Positions 39,828 to 52,513 of a stretch of 64,000 nucleotides of DNA are shown here, piece by piece. The DNA is taken from assembly GCF_009914755.1 (NCBI RefSeq), contig NC_060925.1. One strand, given 5' to 3'. Origin of the DNA: the human T2T-CHM13v2.0 reference genome, Homo sapiens. Position numbers and translations under genes: made by a program. Numbering within the stretch: the first letter of the stretch is position 1; each line of letters begins with the position of its first letter. Under the pieces are notes generated by a model. It made no database searches. It was not told where the DNA came from and saw only the letters and a list, made by a program, of their open reading frames with translations.

Positions 39828-41213
39828 TTATACATGTGAAAAATGGGAGATGGACTGAGTGAAGGAAGCCTGGATGTGTATATGAAGTGGAACGTGAATG
39901 CCCACAGAAATGAACTCATGTCTGCTCAGAGGAGGTGTCTGTGTAGTTGAATCAGGAGACTTGGAGAAGAGCTTGTGCCACAATGAATCATAGAATGCAG
40001 TTGCCTTGTCCATCATCCCAGAAATGTGTTTTCCATGTAGTGCCCTGCATGTCTACTTTATAGCCAGAGAGGTACACATGGTGTATCCTGAATCTTCCTG
40101 AGTGAGTGGCGCCCAGGCCATCCTGAAGGGGATGCTAAACTGGAGTGAATCACAATGTGTGCCCCTCCATCACCTTGCACATGTTGTTACCAAGGTGATG
40201 AAGGGTTAATATAAATTTTGAAATATATGTAATGATTCAAAACATGTAGCCTAAGGGATGGAGGTGGAAAGAGGATGGGAAAATGGTGTTATTTTGCCAT
40301 ATTGGTGGTGGGTGATGGGATATGGCACCCAGAGTCCCAATGTGGTTTCTGAACTTCCAGTATCAGGATCATATTACTGTGTTTGCTTAAACACAGATTC
40401 ACAGGCTCTACTAAGAATAATGAGCTCAGAAACTCCAGGTGGAGCCCATAAATCTGCAGTTTAACCACTTTCCCCAGGTGCTTCCAATGCACAGTAATGT
40501 TTAAGAAGCAATACCTATCTTTTTGTTCTCCTGAGAAGCTGTTGAGCTGATGTTTTCTAATGAGCCTTGTATCTGGTTAAGCTCCAGTTGTTCATTCATT
40601 CTGACCTAATAGGACAGGACCCCAAATAGAGAGATTGATTCATCACAGCCAAGGAAGGGGTCTGGCTCTGCAATACTTCAAACTTTCTACTGCAATGAGA
40701 CAAACATGTCACAACAATGACCTGTATGGGACCAGAACAAGATTCCCAGGAAGCCACAGCTGGGATTGTATGTGGTGGGGGGACTAACAGGCTGCTTCAG
40801 CAAAGCTCTACACTAGAGAACAGAATTAGGACACAGAGAAAAGAGAAGTGAACCACCACAAGGAGACATACTGGTAGCTGGTAGCAACCACATAGTTATA
40901 AATATAATGTAGCTGAATCCTCTTTAAAACATGATTTCATTGCAGACACACAGGCATGCATGCACATGAATACTGCTTAACGTGAGTCTGTTTAAAGCAC
41001 ACAGATAAAATCATATTTCTACTTCTCCTCTCTGATCCTGCATTCCAAGAGGAATATACGAAGTATGACTCTGAAACAGATACCATTTTTCTCATGTAAG
41101 TTTGGTCCATCTTTTTTTTTCTCTTGCTACCTTTTGGGTTTGTTATCTTTCCCATCCTCCATACCTTCAAAACCATCCTCAATGAATTATAAGTTAAAAA
41201 AAAAAACTAAATT

Positions 41214-41270
41214 AAACCAAGGAACTAAAAAAACTGGAACCCAGAAAACCAAGGAACTAAAAAAACTGGA
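41214..41270 (+). repeat. Perfect 25-bp direct repeat x2 (AAACCAAGGAACTAAAAAAACTGGA), 7-bp spacer
   Basis: Copies at 41214-41238 and 41246-41270. Confidence 0.9.
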
Positions 41271-41847
41271 GACTCTAGGCACCGTATACTGAAAACCAAA
41301 AACATTTTCAATCTTGAAGTCTTTTCATGTTGAATAAATTGTTTGATTAAGAAAATGCTTTAAAGAAAGGAAATGCAAGTATACAAATGCATTATGCCAA
41401 AACAAAACAAAACAAAATCTGAACTGGCAAGAACAGTGGACACTAGACACCACACTATCTAGAAATTTAAAAAGGTAAAAGCCTGGGAGAATGTGTTGAA
41501 AATTCCATGTACTTCCAGCAGATTTAATCCAAGAACCTGCAGTCTCAGGCTTCAAATCCAACTGCAGTGGTGCTGGGTGCTGAATTAGGTGATGCTTTGT
41601 GTGCCCCATCCTAAAGCTAGATCCTGCTCAACAGTGGGGGCAGCCCTTGCCTGAATTAGCTCTCTACCAAAGCATTCCCTAAAAAGGTCCATCCAAGGAT
41701 AATGTGCAGAAAAAAAGAACATAAAAGTATATTTAGAGCTTGGTATCAAATATGAAAAAATACATTTAAAAGGGACAAAGGAAATAAATGAGTAACAATG
41801 GTTATCTCTGGGAAGATCATCATTCATTTATATTTTTTCTTTATAAT

Positions 41848-42178
<331 letters not shown>

Positions 42179-43174
42179 TAATATTTCTATAATATAGGAA
42201 AAGGTGCTGGACAAAAGCTGTGCCCATGCCAAAATTTACTCATTGTGAATTTGTCCTCCAGTCTCTAGGACATCCCTGCAGAAAGGAGAGAAGCAAGGAG
42301 AAGGAGTGACAGGTGTTTTGTCAGGCCTGTATCTTCAGCCAGATACAAAGCCCCCACATGTACACCTGCTCTCATTATGTCTCATTCGTGAGCAGTTAAT
42401 CAAGTTAATTATGAGCAGTTGAGCCCTGGGAGCTTTTACTGACAGTGCAACCTATAATTTCTCTGAAAGTTACAGAGCCAGAGATGAAGGTTACTGCTCT
42501 TTTAGGAGCCCTGTCTCCAGTTTTTGCTTTTGTTTCTGTTTTTATTTCATGGTTAGCATCCTTTGGAGACCAGAAGAGCATTGACAGCCCCCCAGATGAG
42601 CAGCAGAGCAATTCTTATACTAGTGGTCAAGCAGCTTCCTACAGCCAAAAGGCTATAGGAAGAAAGGGTAACTGGCTGCCCTACAGTTTACACGATGAAG
42701 CTGCCTTGGGCTCTGGGTCTTGGTGATTTAGCCAGAAGATTGTTTCTCAGAGCTCAGCCCTACACATTCTCCTAAAGGCCTTCTTCCTGGCATAGGTCAA
42801 AGACAGAACCTGAGAGAGGGAAATGAGCCAGAACAAATATGTCATCTGATGACCTCACCCCCAGCAAATGGGCAGGGAAGAGAGCTAGAATGAGAAGGCC
42901 AGAACATGGAGCACCATGAAAAGAAACTGCTCAAGCAAGAGAAGTGGCATGTGGGCTTTAAAGACCAGGGTTAGAAAACAGCAGCCCTGACCTTTGTGTT
43001 GAAGTAGCGGGGCGAGGATCTCTCATAGAAGTGTTAATTCTGTACTCCTTCCCCGATTCTGAGTAGGTGCCTTTTACATAGAGATGATCAATGTGTACTT
43101 GTCTAATTAATTACAAACTGCCCCCAGTGTATTCATCTTACCTTTTCGTCATCTCTCCTTTTCTTTTCCCTGAA

Positions 43175-43950
43175 TTCATTCATTTATTCCACACATTTAT
43201 TGAATACTTACTATATTCTAGACACTATGCTATCTAGAAATTAAAAACGAATATGAATTCAAAGATGAATGAATCACAGCCCCTTATGTCAAATAGCTTA
43301 CATTTGAGTTGTCTCCATGTGTGTAGAGAGGGAGGGAGGGAGGCAAATATGTGGTCTTTATGATGGTGTGACAGGGCCTGTATTAGGACATGTACCAAAT
43401 ATGGTAGGAAAATTAAGTGGGGGAGGGTCAATTAGTTATCAGTAGTCCTGGTCAGAGATATCTTCATGAAAAGGTGACCCCTGAGCTAAGCTTTAACATC
43501 ATCTGGACAGAATTTCTAGGGGCAGAAAGGGAGCAGGAGGTAGTACAGATGCACAAGCAATAGGCAGAGGTGAGAATAGGAACTGCTGCCCAGAGCATAG
43601 GTTTACAAAAGGCAGAGTCAGCAATAAGGCTGGAAAGGTAGGCTGAGGTTGAACCAAGGGAAACCAGGATAGCAGATTTGGATGTAATTCCACCGGCAAT
43701 GTACCATCCATGAGAATTTCTAAGTAGAACAAGATCAGACCTGTGTCCCAACCAAGTTATTCTGGCCACAGGGTGTAGGATGAATTGATGGAGACAGAGA
43801 CAACAGATTGAGGTCTCTTCCATGGGAGAGCTCATTACAAGAGCTCAAGAAGTAACAAGCACCTAACAAGGGGCAGCACGAAGAGAATGCTAACATCAAT
43901 TGAGAAAGACATTGCAAGGAGTCACAAGAGGTAGAATTCACATGTATATT
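43175..43950. mobile_element. L2 remnant (opposite orientation)
   Basis: ATTCATTCATTTATT..CATTTATTGAATACTTACTAT followed by purine-rich L2 body. Confidence 0.6.
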
Positions 43951-44509
43951 GCAAGCAGGAGGAATCAACCAGACATCAGGTTGAGTTACTAAAGATCTGA
44001 GAGCACATTCAAACAATGTCTAGATGGTACTCAGAAATTTATCACTTAACTTTGGCAAAGCATCAGGTAATAACCTTGAACATCTAAGATAAACAGATTG
44101 GAATGAGTGTTAACTTGGGATCTCATAGATGTCAAAGTCACTCAAAGGCTGTGTGGCATGTGGAAGTCACTTCACCACTCTAAGCCTCAATTTCCTTTTC
44201 TGCAATATGTGGATAATCATGGAATCTATTTCATAGGGTTGTTGTGAAGGGGAGATAAGATAACCCTTGTGGAGTGTTTAGCAGAAAGCTGGATGTAGCT
44301 TGCAATGAATGTCACCTATTATTACTACTATTATTATTATTAGCACAGGAGGGAAGATGCACGCTGAATAATGTTGGCCTTCACTTAAACTACCATCAGG
44401 AAAAAACTCAGCCACATTTTCCAAGAACACTTGTGGTGCTCTTCAGTGGTTTGCATAACACGTACCTGGTTGAAAATCACACCTTATACTTAATTAAAAA
44501 AAAAAGTAA

Positions 44510-45440
44510 TAGTCATCCAAATCTCCAGTGGTTTCCCCCAATTTAGACAAAAATCTAAAGTCCTTATGGAGGCCCTGTAAATCCTGTATGATCTGGCCCT
44601 ACCTCCCTCTCTAATATTCTCTCTACTTTCCCCCTCACTCACTTTACTCCAGCCATGTGACTTACTTTGCTTTTCCTCAAACATACCTGATATGCTCCCA
44701 CCTCAGAGCTTTTGCACTTGCTATTCTTTCTGCCTGGAATGCTCTTCTCCAGATATCTTCATGGTTTGCTTGCTCTCTTCCTTCTAGTCGTTGCTCAAAT
44801 TTCATTTCTTCATATAGGGCCTTTAATAACCACCCTAAAATTGTACCCTCTAACTGTTGCTATTCCCTTATCTTACATTATTTTTCTTCATTGGACTTAT
44901 TGTCCAAAAAGATATTCTGACATCTTGTTATATACATAATAGTTTATTTATTTATTACCTGGGTTTTTTTCCACTATAAGCTTTTTTCTATTCAACCTAT
45001 TGTGCTTAAAATAGAGGCTGGTATTCAGTGAGCTCTTAATAAATATCTATTGAATAAATGAACCACTTGCTACTGGAATCACTCCCCTCTCTTGGTTTTC
45101 CTGCCTTTCTTCCTACTTTTTCACATGTTCTTCTCAGTCATCTTTACTGGGTCTTCCTTCTCTGGCTTCTAAACGCTAGTGTTCCTCAGGACTCCATCCT
45201 GGATCCTTTTTTTCTCTCTCTTCACTCTCTCCTTAGATGATCTCATCTAGTTCATGAATTTAAATACCATCTTTATGTGGCTTACTTCTGGATTCTTTCT
45301 CAAGCCCAGAACTCCAGACTTACATGGTCAATTGCCTACTTGACATCTCCACTTGAATATATAGTAGGCATCTCAAAATGAACATGTCCATAATAGAACT
45401 CTTGATCCACCCCCTCCACATATTTCAACCCAAACCTGCC
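44510..45440. mobile_element. L2 remnants
   Basis: CCTCAGAGCTTTTGCACTTGCTATTC..TGCCTGGAATGCTCTT; TGCCTACTTGACATCTCCACTTG. Confidence 0.65.
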
Positions 45441-45554
45441 ACCCTTTAGAATTTCTGAATAGAAAAAAATCAATCTGGTTGGAAAATGGGGAAAGCTGTT
45501 CTGTTTATGTAGGACTTAAGTAAAATAGAAAAAAAATCAATTTTATCAAAGAAG

Positions 45555-45853
45555 GAGAGGAGCAGTGGCTCACACCTGTAATCCCAGCACTTTGAGAGGC
45601 TGAGACAGGCAGATCACTTGAGCCCAGAAGTATGAGACCAGTCTGGGCAACATGGCAAAACCCCGTCTCTACAAAAAATACAAAAATTAGCTGGGCATGG
45701 TGGCGCACACCTGTAGTCCCAGCTACTCGGGAGGCTGAGGTGGGAGGATCACTTGAGCCCATGGGACTGAGGCTGCAGTTACCTGTGATTGCACCACTGC
45801 ACTCGAACCTGGTTGACAGAATGAGATCCTGTCTCAAAAAAAAAAAAAAAAAA
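45555..45853 (+). mobile_element. AluJ-like
   Basis: Dimeric Alu with poly(A). Confidence 0.92.
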
Positions 45854-46226
45854 TGGACCTATGAGGAGAGGAGCAGATAACAGAAATTATTGGGAGCTTT
45901 GGACCTTGGACCCTCCTTGGCATTAGCACTGTCTCCCTCTGCCCCAAAGTCCTCCCTATCTTAGTAAAAGCACTAAGTGCCCATGGGTTACTCAAGCCAA
46001 AATCCTAGGACTCCTCCTTTTTTCTTACTCCTACAACCAATCCATTAGCTAGTTCTATTTTTCCCAAAATACAATTTGAGCCCAGCCTTTCCTTTCTGTT
46101 CGAGGTTGCCATCATCACCCACATGGACTCCTGAAGGAGCCTTCTAACTGGTCTCACCATGCCCATTCTTAATGCTTTGAACCCTTTCTCCAAATAGAAA
46201 ACATGACATGTTTTTTAAAAACCCTT

Positions 46227-46405
46227 AAATAGAGTAGATCTCAAGTGTTCTCACCACAAAAAAGTATAAGTATGTGAAGTACTGCATATGTTAAGTCATT
46301 CGATTTAGCCATTCCACAACATATACATATTTTGAAATATGTTGTACACAATAAATATATACTATTTGTATCTGTCAATTAAAAATAAATAAATAAATAT
46401 AAAAT
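46227..46405 (+). mobile_element. L1MA/L1MB 3' end
   Basis: AGAGTAGATCTCAAGTGTTCTCACCAC...TGTCAATTAAAAATAAAT; flanking aaccc(t/c)taaat near-repeat. Confidence 0.8.
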
Positions 46406-46843
46406 AACCCCCCTAAATGAACAACAATTGTACTTAGAGCAATACTCGAACCCCTTACAATGGTCATGGTCAAGCCGAAATCCCTGTTGATCACTCCAAC
46501 CTCAGCAGGCACCATTCTTCACCTGACTAGATACAGTACAGCAACACTAACTAGTCTTCCATCTGTTCTGAAGAGACACCCAATTCTTTATCACCTGAGG
46601 CTTTTACACATACTGTTCCCTCTGTCTAGAACTCTCTTCTTTCAATTCTTCACATGACTAGCTCTATTCCGTCCATCCTTTCCCATTATAAAAGCCACCT
46701 GCTCCTCATAGAGGTTTGCCCTGTTCACCCATCTAAATATTTGGTAGTTAAATCTAGATATGGTTTTAAAAATGTTAAACTATGAAAAAGCCATCTTGCC
46801 CAAGGTGGAGTAACAGGAAATGAATGTATCCAGTAGCTTGAAA

Positions 46844-46874
46844 CAAAACTGCAATTACTTTTGCACCAACCTAA
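46844..46874. mobile_element. Solo Hsmar1/MADE1 terminal inverted repeat
   Basis: CAAAACTGCAATTACTTTTGCACCAACCTAA followed by TA. Confidence 0.85.
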
Positions 46875-48776
46875 TAAAAAAACTGGTCAAAATATATGAA
46901 ACAATGTTTCCAAACACTAGACACTGGGGAGTAGAGATGAGTAACCCCTGAAAGAACCACAGCAAACAAGGTGAGCTCTGTGATTGCCACAGGTAGCTGC
47001 CTGGAGAGAGTACCGGAATGCAGTATCACAATGGGTTACCTAGGCAGAGCCCAGTGGAGTCTCCTTGAGTTGAGGAGATGGAGGTGGGTGTCAAGGTGCG
47101 CCACAGTGGATAGAGTTTGCAGGGCAGAGTACCAGAAACAAGGGAACAGCACAATCACCAAAAAAAAGGCTCTGGAGATATGGTAAGGATCTCCCTTGAA
47201 GCCTGAGCTGAATACTGATCAGTGCATGTGTGGGAAAAAACTACACAGAGCCAAAGAAAGAACAACCTGAAAGGATTACAAGTAACCATCCTTGGAATTC
47301 ACATAGGACTAGAAATAGTTTATATTCCCATCAGCCAAAGTGGAATTTGGCTCCAAATTTTATGGAATATCAAGTACAGTACTCAGAAAGATGTTATATC
47401 AGTAGAGGAGAAAATTAGCCTTAAAGATTGCTCTGATCTCAAATAACAAAGCAGAAAAGTAAGCCTAAAAAGAGTGAAAACCAGACTCAAACTGTTTCCA
47501 AGTAACAGAACTGTGTCCCAAAACAAAGCCCAAAAATGTTTATAAGAATATAGAAATATGCAGCATTAAACAGGGTAAAATTTACAATGACCAGCATCCA
47601 ATCAAATATTACCAAGCATACAAAAGAAGCAGGACAACATAATCCATAAGAAGAAAAATCAATCAGTAGAAACAGACCCAGAAATGAAACAGATAATACA
47701 ATGAGTAGACAAGAATTAATGGTTATCATAATTATATTACATGTTGCAACTGTATTCCATGTTAAACAACGTAAAGGAAGGATAGACTATGTTAAGTAGA
47801 GATATGCTTAAAGATTTTTAGATTTTTTAAAACGACCCAATCAACTTCTAGAGATGAAAATAAACAATCTGATATGAAAAATACACTGGATGGAATTAAT
47901 GCAGATTAGACATTACAGAATAAAGTATTACTAAACACAAAGACACCAATGGACACTATGCAAAATGAAACAGAGAAAAAAGACTGAAGGAAAAAAATGA
48001 AGAGAGCATCAGTAAACCATGGGCAACTTCAAGCAGTGTAAAGGAGTAGTGAGGAAACTTTAGGGGATGGATATGTTCATTATCTTGATGGCAGATGGTT
48101 TCACAGGTGTACACGTAAGTTTAAATTCAATAAATTATACACTTTAGATATATTGTGTTTATTATAGTTCAGTCATATCTAAATGTTGTTATAAAAAAAA
48201 GCAATGTGAAATTAAAATCCCAGATGATACCAACATGGGAGACAGAAGTGGGACGGTGGTGCGTGGAGTGAGAGAGTCTGAGTGGGAAGAAGTAATAATT
48301 TTCTAAGCTGCTTGTCTGTTTGGGAAGAGGGGATGTGAATACCTATTAGCTGTAAAAGTTGTGATAAAAATGTAAGTTTTAAAACAAGTACACTAAAATT
48401 TATGGGTAACAGCAGAATGAAGAAAAATAGAATGTATAACTTTAAAACCAGTGGAAGAGAAAGTACAGCAAAAAATAGTTATCAATCCAGCTCACGCAGA
48501 GAAGGGAAAAATTAGAAACATAATAAACAGGCAAGAAAATAAATTGAACAAAGCTTTTTATTCAAGAAACTAAAAAAAGAAACATAAAACAGCCTGAAGT
48601 AGAAAGAAGGAATTAATAAACTTAAGGCAGAAAAGTGTGAAAAGGCAAAGAAAAACTGTAAAGTGGATCAATAAAATCAAAAGTGTTTTTTAAAAGATCA
48701 ATAAAATAAACAAAATTTGGCAAGTATTAAGGAAAAAATCTGGAAGGCATAAATAATTAGGAATGAAAAGGAAGGG

Positions 48777-48779
<3 letters not shown>

Positions 48780-48817
<38 letters not shown>
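48780..48817. repeat. (GT)19 microsatellite
   Basis: Directly visible. Confidence 0.97.
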
Positions 48818-48819
<2 letters not shown>

Positions 48820-49903
48820 AAAATTACAATCAACTGTTACATTTGTTTTTATGCCAATGTTTTTTAAAGTCAACTTTATTGACTTTAAAATGAAACACAC
48901 CTATTTTAAGTCCATAGTTTGATGAATTTTGACAAATATATACTACTAATAGCCACCAACACCACAATTAAGGTAGAGAACATTTCTGACAACCCAGAAG
49001 GTTCCCTGTGTCAGTTCTCAATCTCCCCTCCCCACCTCCGGGCTCCAGGTAATGCTGATCTGATTTTTATAACTACAGTTTTACCTTTTCTCAAGTTCTG
49101 TATACATTGAATCACATCCTATGTATACTTTTATGTATGCCTTCTTTCACTCAACAAAATTTCAAAATTCATCCATGTCGAATATCAATAGCTCATTCCT
49201 TTTCATTCTTGAGTAGTAGTCTACTAAATGAATGTGCCACAATTTATCAGTTCACCTGTTGATGAACATTTGGGTTGTCCAGCTTGGAGCTCTTATGAAT
49301 AGTGCTACTCTCAAAATTCATCTACAAGGCTTTGTGGATATATATTTTCATTTTCCTAGAAGAATGGAATTGCTGGGTCCTATGATAAGTATAAGAAACT
49401 GTCAACCAGTTGTCCCACCAATAATGTATGAAAGTTCCAGCTGCTTCAGATCCTTGCCATATTTTATACCAATACACTAGAAAAATCTAAATGAGATAGA
49501 CACTTTTTCTAGGAAAATATAATTACAAAAATTAGGTGAATAAAACTAAGAAAACTGAGAAGACTAATAACCATACAAAAGATATTGAAATGGTAGTTAA
49601 AGGTGGACGCACCCTCCAAAGATGTAAAAGATCAGAGAGTTTTACTAATAAGCTCTACCAACCTGTCAAGGAATAGATAATTCCCATCTATTATTCTATC
49701 TGAACACAACCCTGATACCAATATTTGGTAAAGAAAATACCACAAAATCTATACAGTTCAATATTACTATAATCAAGGAAGCCAAAATTCTATATTATGT
49801 TTTTTAAAAAATAAGCAAAGCCTCATGATCAACAATAGTTTATACTAAGAATGGTAGGCTGCATCGTTAGAAAACTAGCAATATTCTTTATGTTAACAAA
49901 TTA

Positions 49904-50208
49904 GGCCAGGTTCAGTGGTTTACGCCTGTAATCCCAGCACTCTGGGAGGCCTAGGCAGGCAGATCCTCGAGCCCAGAAGTGTGAGACCAGCCTGGGCAAC
50001 ATAGGGAGACCTCGTCTCTACAAAAAACAGAAAAATCACCAGGGCCTGGTGGTGTGCACCTGTAGCCCCAACTACTCGGGGGGCTGAGATGGGAGGTCCT
50101 ACTTGAGCCCAGGAGGTCTAGGCTGCAGTGAGCCGGGATCGTGCCACTGCACTCCAGCCTGGGTGACAGACTGAGACCCTGTCTAAAAAAAAAAAAAAAA
50201 AAAAAAAA
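49904..50208 (+). mobile_element. AluJ-like inserted in an old L1, about 0.9 kb upstream of the MAEL start
   Basis: Dimeric Alu with long poly(A). Confidence 0.92.
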
Positions 50209-51188
50209 ATTTAAAAGATAAAACCGTGTGATTACCTGAAAAGATCCAGAAATTTAGCAAATTTTCAACTGCCATTCTTGATTTTAAAACATATACATAC
50301 CCCATATATACATACACTTAGAAAGCTGACCCGAGAAAGGAATTTTCTCTGGGAAACGTAATTAGAAAACCGAGAGAACCAACTAGCACGATGTAAACTA
50401 GTATAAGAGATCAGCAGTGTGACTATATACACAGGACCAACACTAAAATCAATACCTTCTCTAGACATCAGTAGTAATCAATTAGAAAATATAATTTTTT
50501 AAAAGAAATTTTTCATAAAAACTCATATTGTTAATTAGGAATAAAATTGACAAAAAGGAAACAGTTTTATGAGGAAATCTATAAAACTTTAAGGATATTT
50601 TAAATCTCAACCTCTTCCTCTGTTTCCTTCTAACACTTATTTTTGAATGTACTTTTAAAAAATTCGAGTTTTGTTGCTTCACTGGTTTTTGTCATCCTCT
50701 CCCCTCATTCGATTGTAAACTTGAGGGCAAGGAAGACCTTGTCATGTTCCTCATACATGTTCCTCAACACTTTTCACAGTGCTTGGCATAAAGCTGGCTG
50801 GCCCTTTGTACCTGTAAAACGCGGAAACACCCGCAGCTCCTCTTTTTCTCTACCTACTTTGTCGCACATTACGCAATAATGTACAGAAATTGCTCCAGGC
50901 CTCCCACGTGACAATGCCTCCGCCTGCCACGCACCCAGCCAATCAGAGCACTTGGCACCTGCGACGGCGCTCTCCCCCCACCTCACCCGCAAGGCGGCAC
51001 GAGCCGGAATCTTCCAGTCTCAGGCTGTTTGTTCCCCCGCGGGGCAATGCGACTGCGCGTCGCTTCCTGATTGGCCGAGAGTTGCGGGCTGCGTGCGCAG
51101 GCGCCTACCTCTGTTACTTAGGGCGGGAGCCCGGCGAGGGCGCCGGTGCTTTGTTCTGTCTGAGGCCAGGAAGTTTGACCGCGCTGCC

Positions 51189-51320
51189 ATGCCGAACCGT
51201 AAGGCCAGCCGGAATGCTTACTATTTCTTCGTGCAGGAGAAGATCCCCGAACTACGGCGACGAGGCCTGCCTGTGGCTCGCGTTGCTGATGCCATCCCTT
51301 ACTGCTCCTCAGACTGGGCG
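51189..51320 (+). CDS. MAEL: MAEL coding exon 1 (MPNRKASRNAYYFFVQEKIPELRRRGLPVARVADAIPYCSSDWA; HMG box N-terminal part)
   Basis: GCC ATG CCG start; peptide lies within ORF 50952..51491; donor GCG|GTAAGG. Confidence 0.97.
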
Positions 51321-51572
51321 GTAAGGCTGGAGCGGAGTGAGAGGGCTGGGCAGGGCAGTTGGGCAAGCCGGAGGGTGAGGCGGGAGGGCAGAAGGCCTCG
51401 AGGAGGTCAGGCGGCTTGGCCCTGCCAGAGGAAGAGGAAGGCCCCCGTTTGTGGCCCTGGGCAAACCGACACCAGAACCACCTCCCTGTAATGCCCCAGC
51501 ATCTGCCTGCGGGCCCTAGAGCACGGGATCCTCACGGCTGTTTCTCTTCTTTGCTCCTTCAATCCCCAAAAG

Positions 51573-51665
51573 CTTCTGAGGGAGGAAGAAAAGGAGAAAT
51601 ACGCAGAAATGGCTCGAGAATGGAGGGCCGCTCAGGGAAAGGACCCTGGGCCCTCAGAGAAGCAG
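51573..51665 (+). CDS. MAEL: MAEL exon 2 (93 nt; LLREEEKEKYAEMAREWRAAQGKDPGPSEKQ; HMG box C-terminal part)
   Basis: Acceptor tccccaaaag|CTT, donor CAG|GTAAAG, phase 0-0, HMG helix-3 signature EKEKYxExA. Confidence 0.95.
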
Positions 51666-52208
51666 GTAAAGTTAACGAGAGAAGAGCCGCCATCTGCCTG
51701 GCACATAGGCATATTCAGTAAAGGCTGGATGAGTGAATGAGTGAATGTCAAGGGTGGACTGCTTTGGGGGTTCGGTTAGTGCGAAGACGACGTTCTTCTT
51801 TTCCCCTGGTGTCAGAATGCCTGTTAAAAAAAACCAACAGCCTCCACAACTAGGGCATGCACACATTGGTGTAATTTGATGGTGAAAGGCCTGGGGAATT
51901 CCTGTTAGGAAACCTGTAGACAATACACTTTGATCGCTAATGGGAGTGTAACATCTAGGGGTTGTACTAGATGACATCAAGGTGTCCCTTTCAACTCTTC
52001 TGTGATTAATGAGCCTTGGCGGGGGGTGGGGGGTGGGCAGTGGGGGCTTAAAACTAGTTTAGACCATTCTGTCTTTTTTTCTTTAGCAAAATATACCATT
52101 CTTTTAAAAATGACACCTGAAACAAAGCCAGCTGCTGTGTTTAAAATATTGAAATAACAAGACTTGGATTAGTTGGTGTATGTGTGTATGTTTTACAAGA
52201 GTTGAATA

Positions 52209-52513
52209 GGCTGGGCACGGTGGCTCACGTCTGTAATCCCAGCACTTCGGGAGGCGGAGGTGGGCTGATCACTTGAGGTCAGGAGTTTGAGACCAGCCTG
52301 GCCAACATGGGGAAACCCCAACTCTACTAAAAGTAAAAAATAAAAAAAGCTGGGTGTGATAGCAGACGCCCGTGGTCCCAGCTACTCAGGAGGCTGAGGT
52401 GGGAGAATCGCTTGAACCCGGGAGGCAGAGGTTGTAGTGAATCGAGATTGCGCCACTGCACTCCAGCCTGTGCGAAAGAGCAAAACTCTGTATCAAAAAA
52501 AAGAAAAAAAAAA
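52209..52513 (+). mobile_element. AluS-like (MAEL intron 2, sense)
   Basis: Full-length Alu; flanking AGTTGAAT repeat. Confidence 0.93.

Larger units (their letters stand above)
46780..50610 (+). mobile_element. Fragmented ancient L1M with nested insertions (minus-strand L1M 3' end about 48860-49460, Alu, GT repeat)
   Basis: A-rich L1 ORF1/ORF2-like sequence (e.g. ATCAATAAAATCAAAAG, CTCATGATCAA). The nested fragment is flanked by ttttat(g/a)ccaat. Confidence 0.7.
50810..51700 (+). promoter_or_regulatory. CpG island / MAEL germline promoter
   Basis: CpG-rich segment spanning MAEL exons 1-2. Motifs: CACGTG 50905-50910, CCAAT 50939-50943, ATTGG 51070-51074, NRF1-like TGCGCAGGCGC 51094-51104, MYB-like CTGTTA 51111-51116, E2F6-like GGCGGGA 51122-51128. 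Confidence 0.88.

Noticed and set aside
41214-41270. CRISPR-like repeat-spacer structure
   Set aside because: Only two copies with a 7-bp spacer in mammalian DNA; no array and no cas genes.
50952-51188. Open frame upstream of the MAEL ATG (TTG start, 79 codons)
   Set aside because: No in-frame ATG, mostly promoter sequence probably upstream of the TSS, and open because of high GC.
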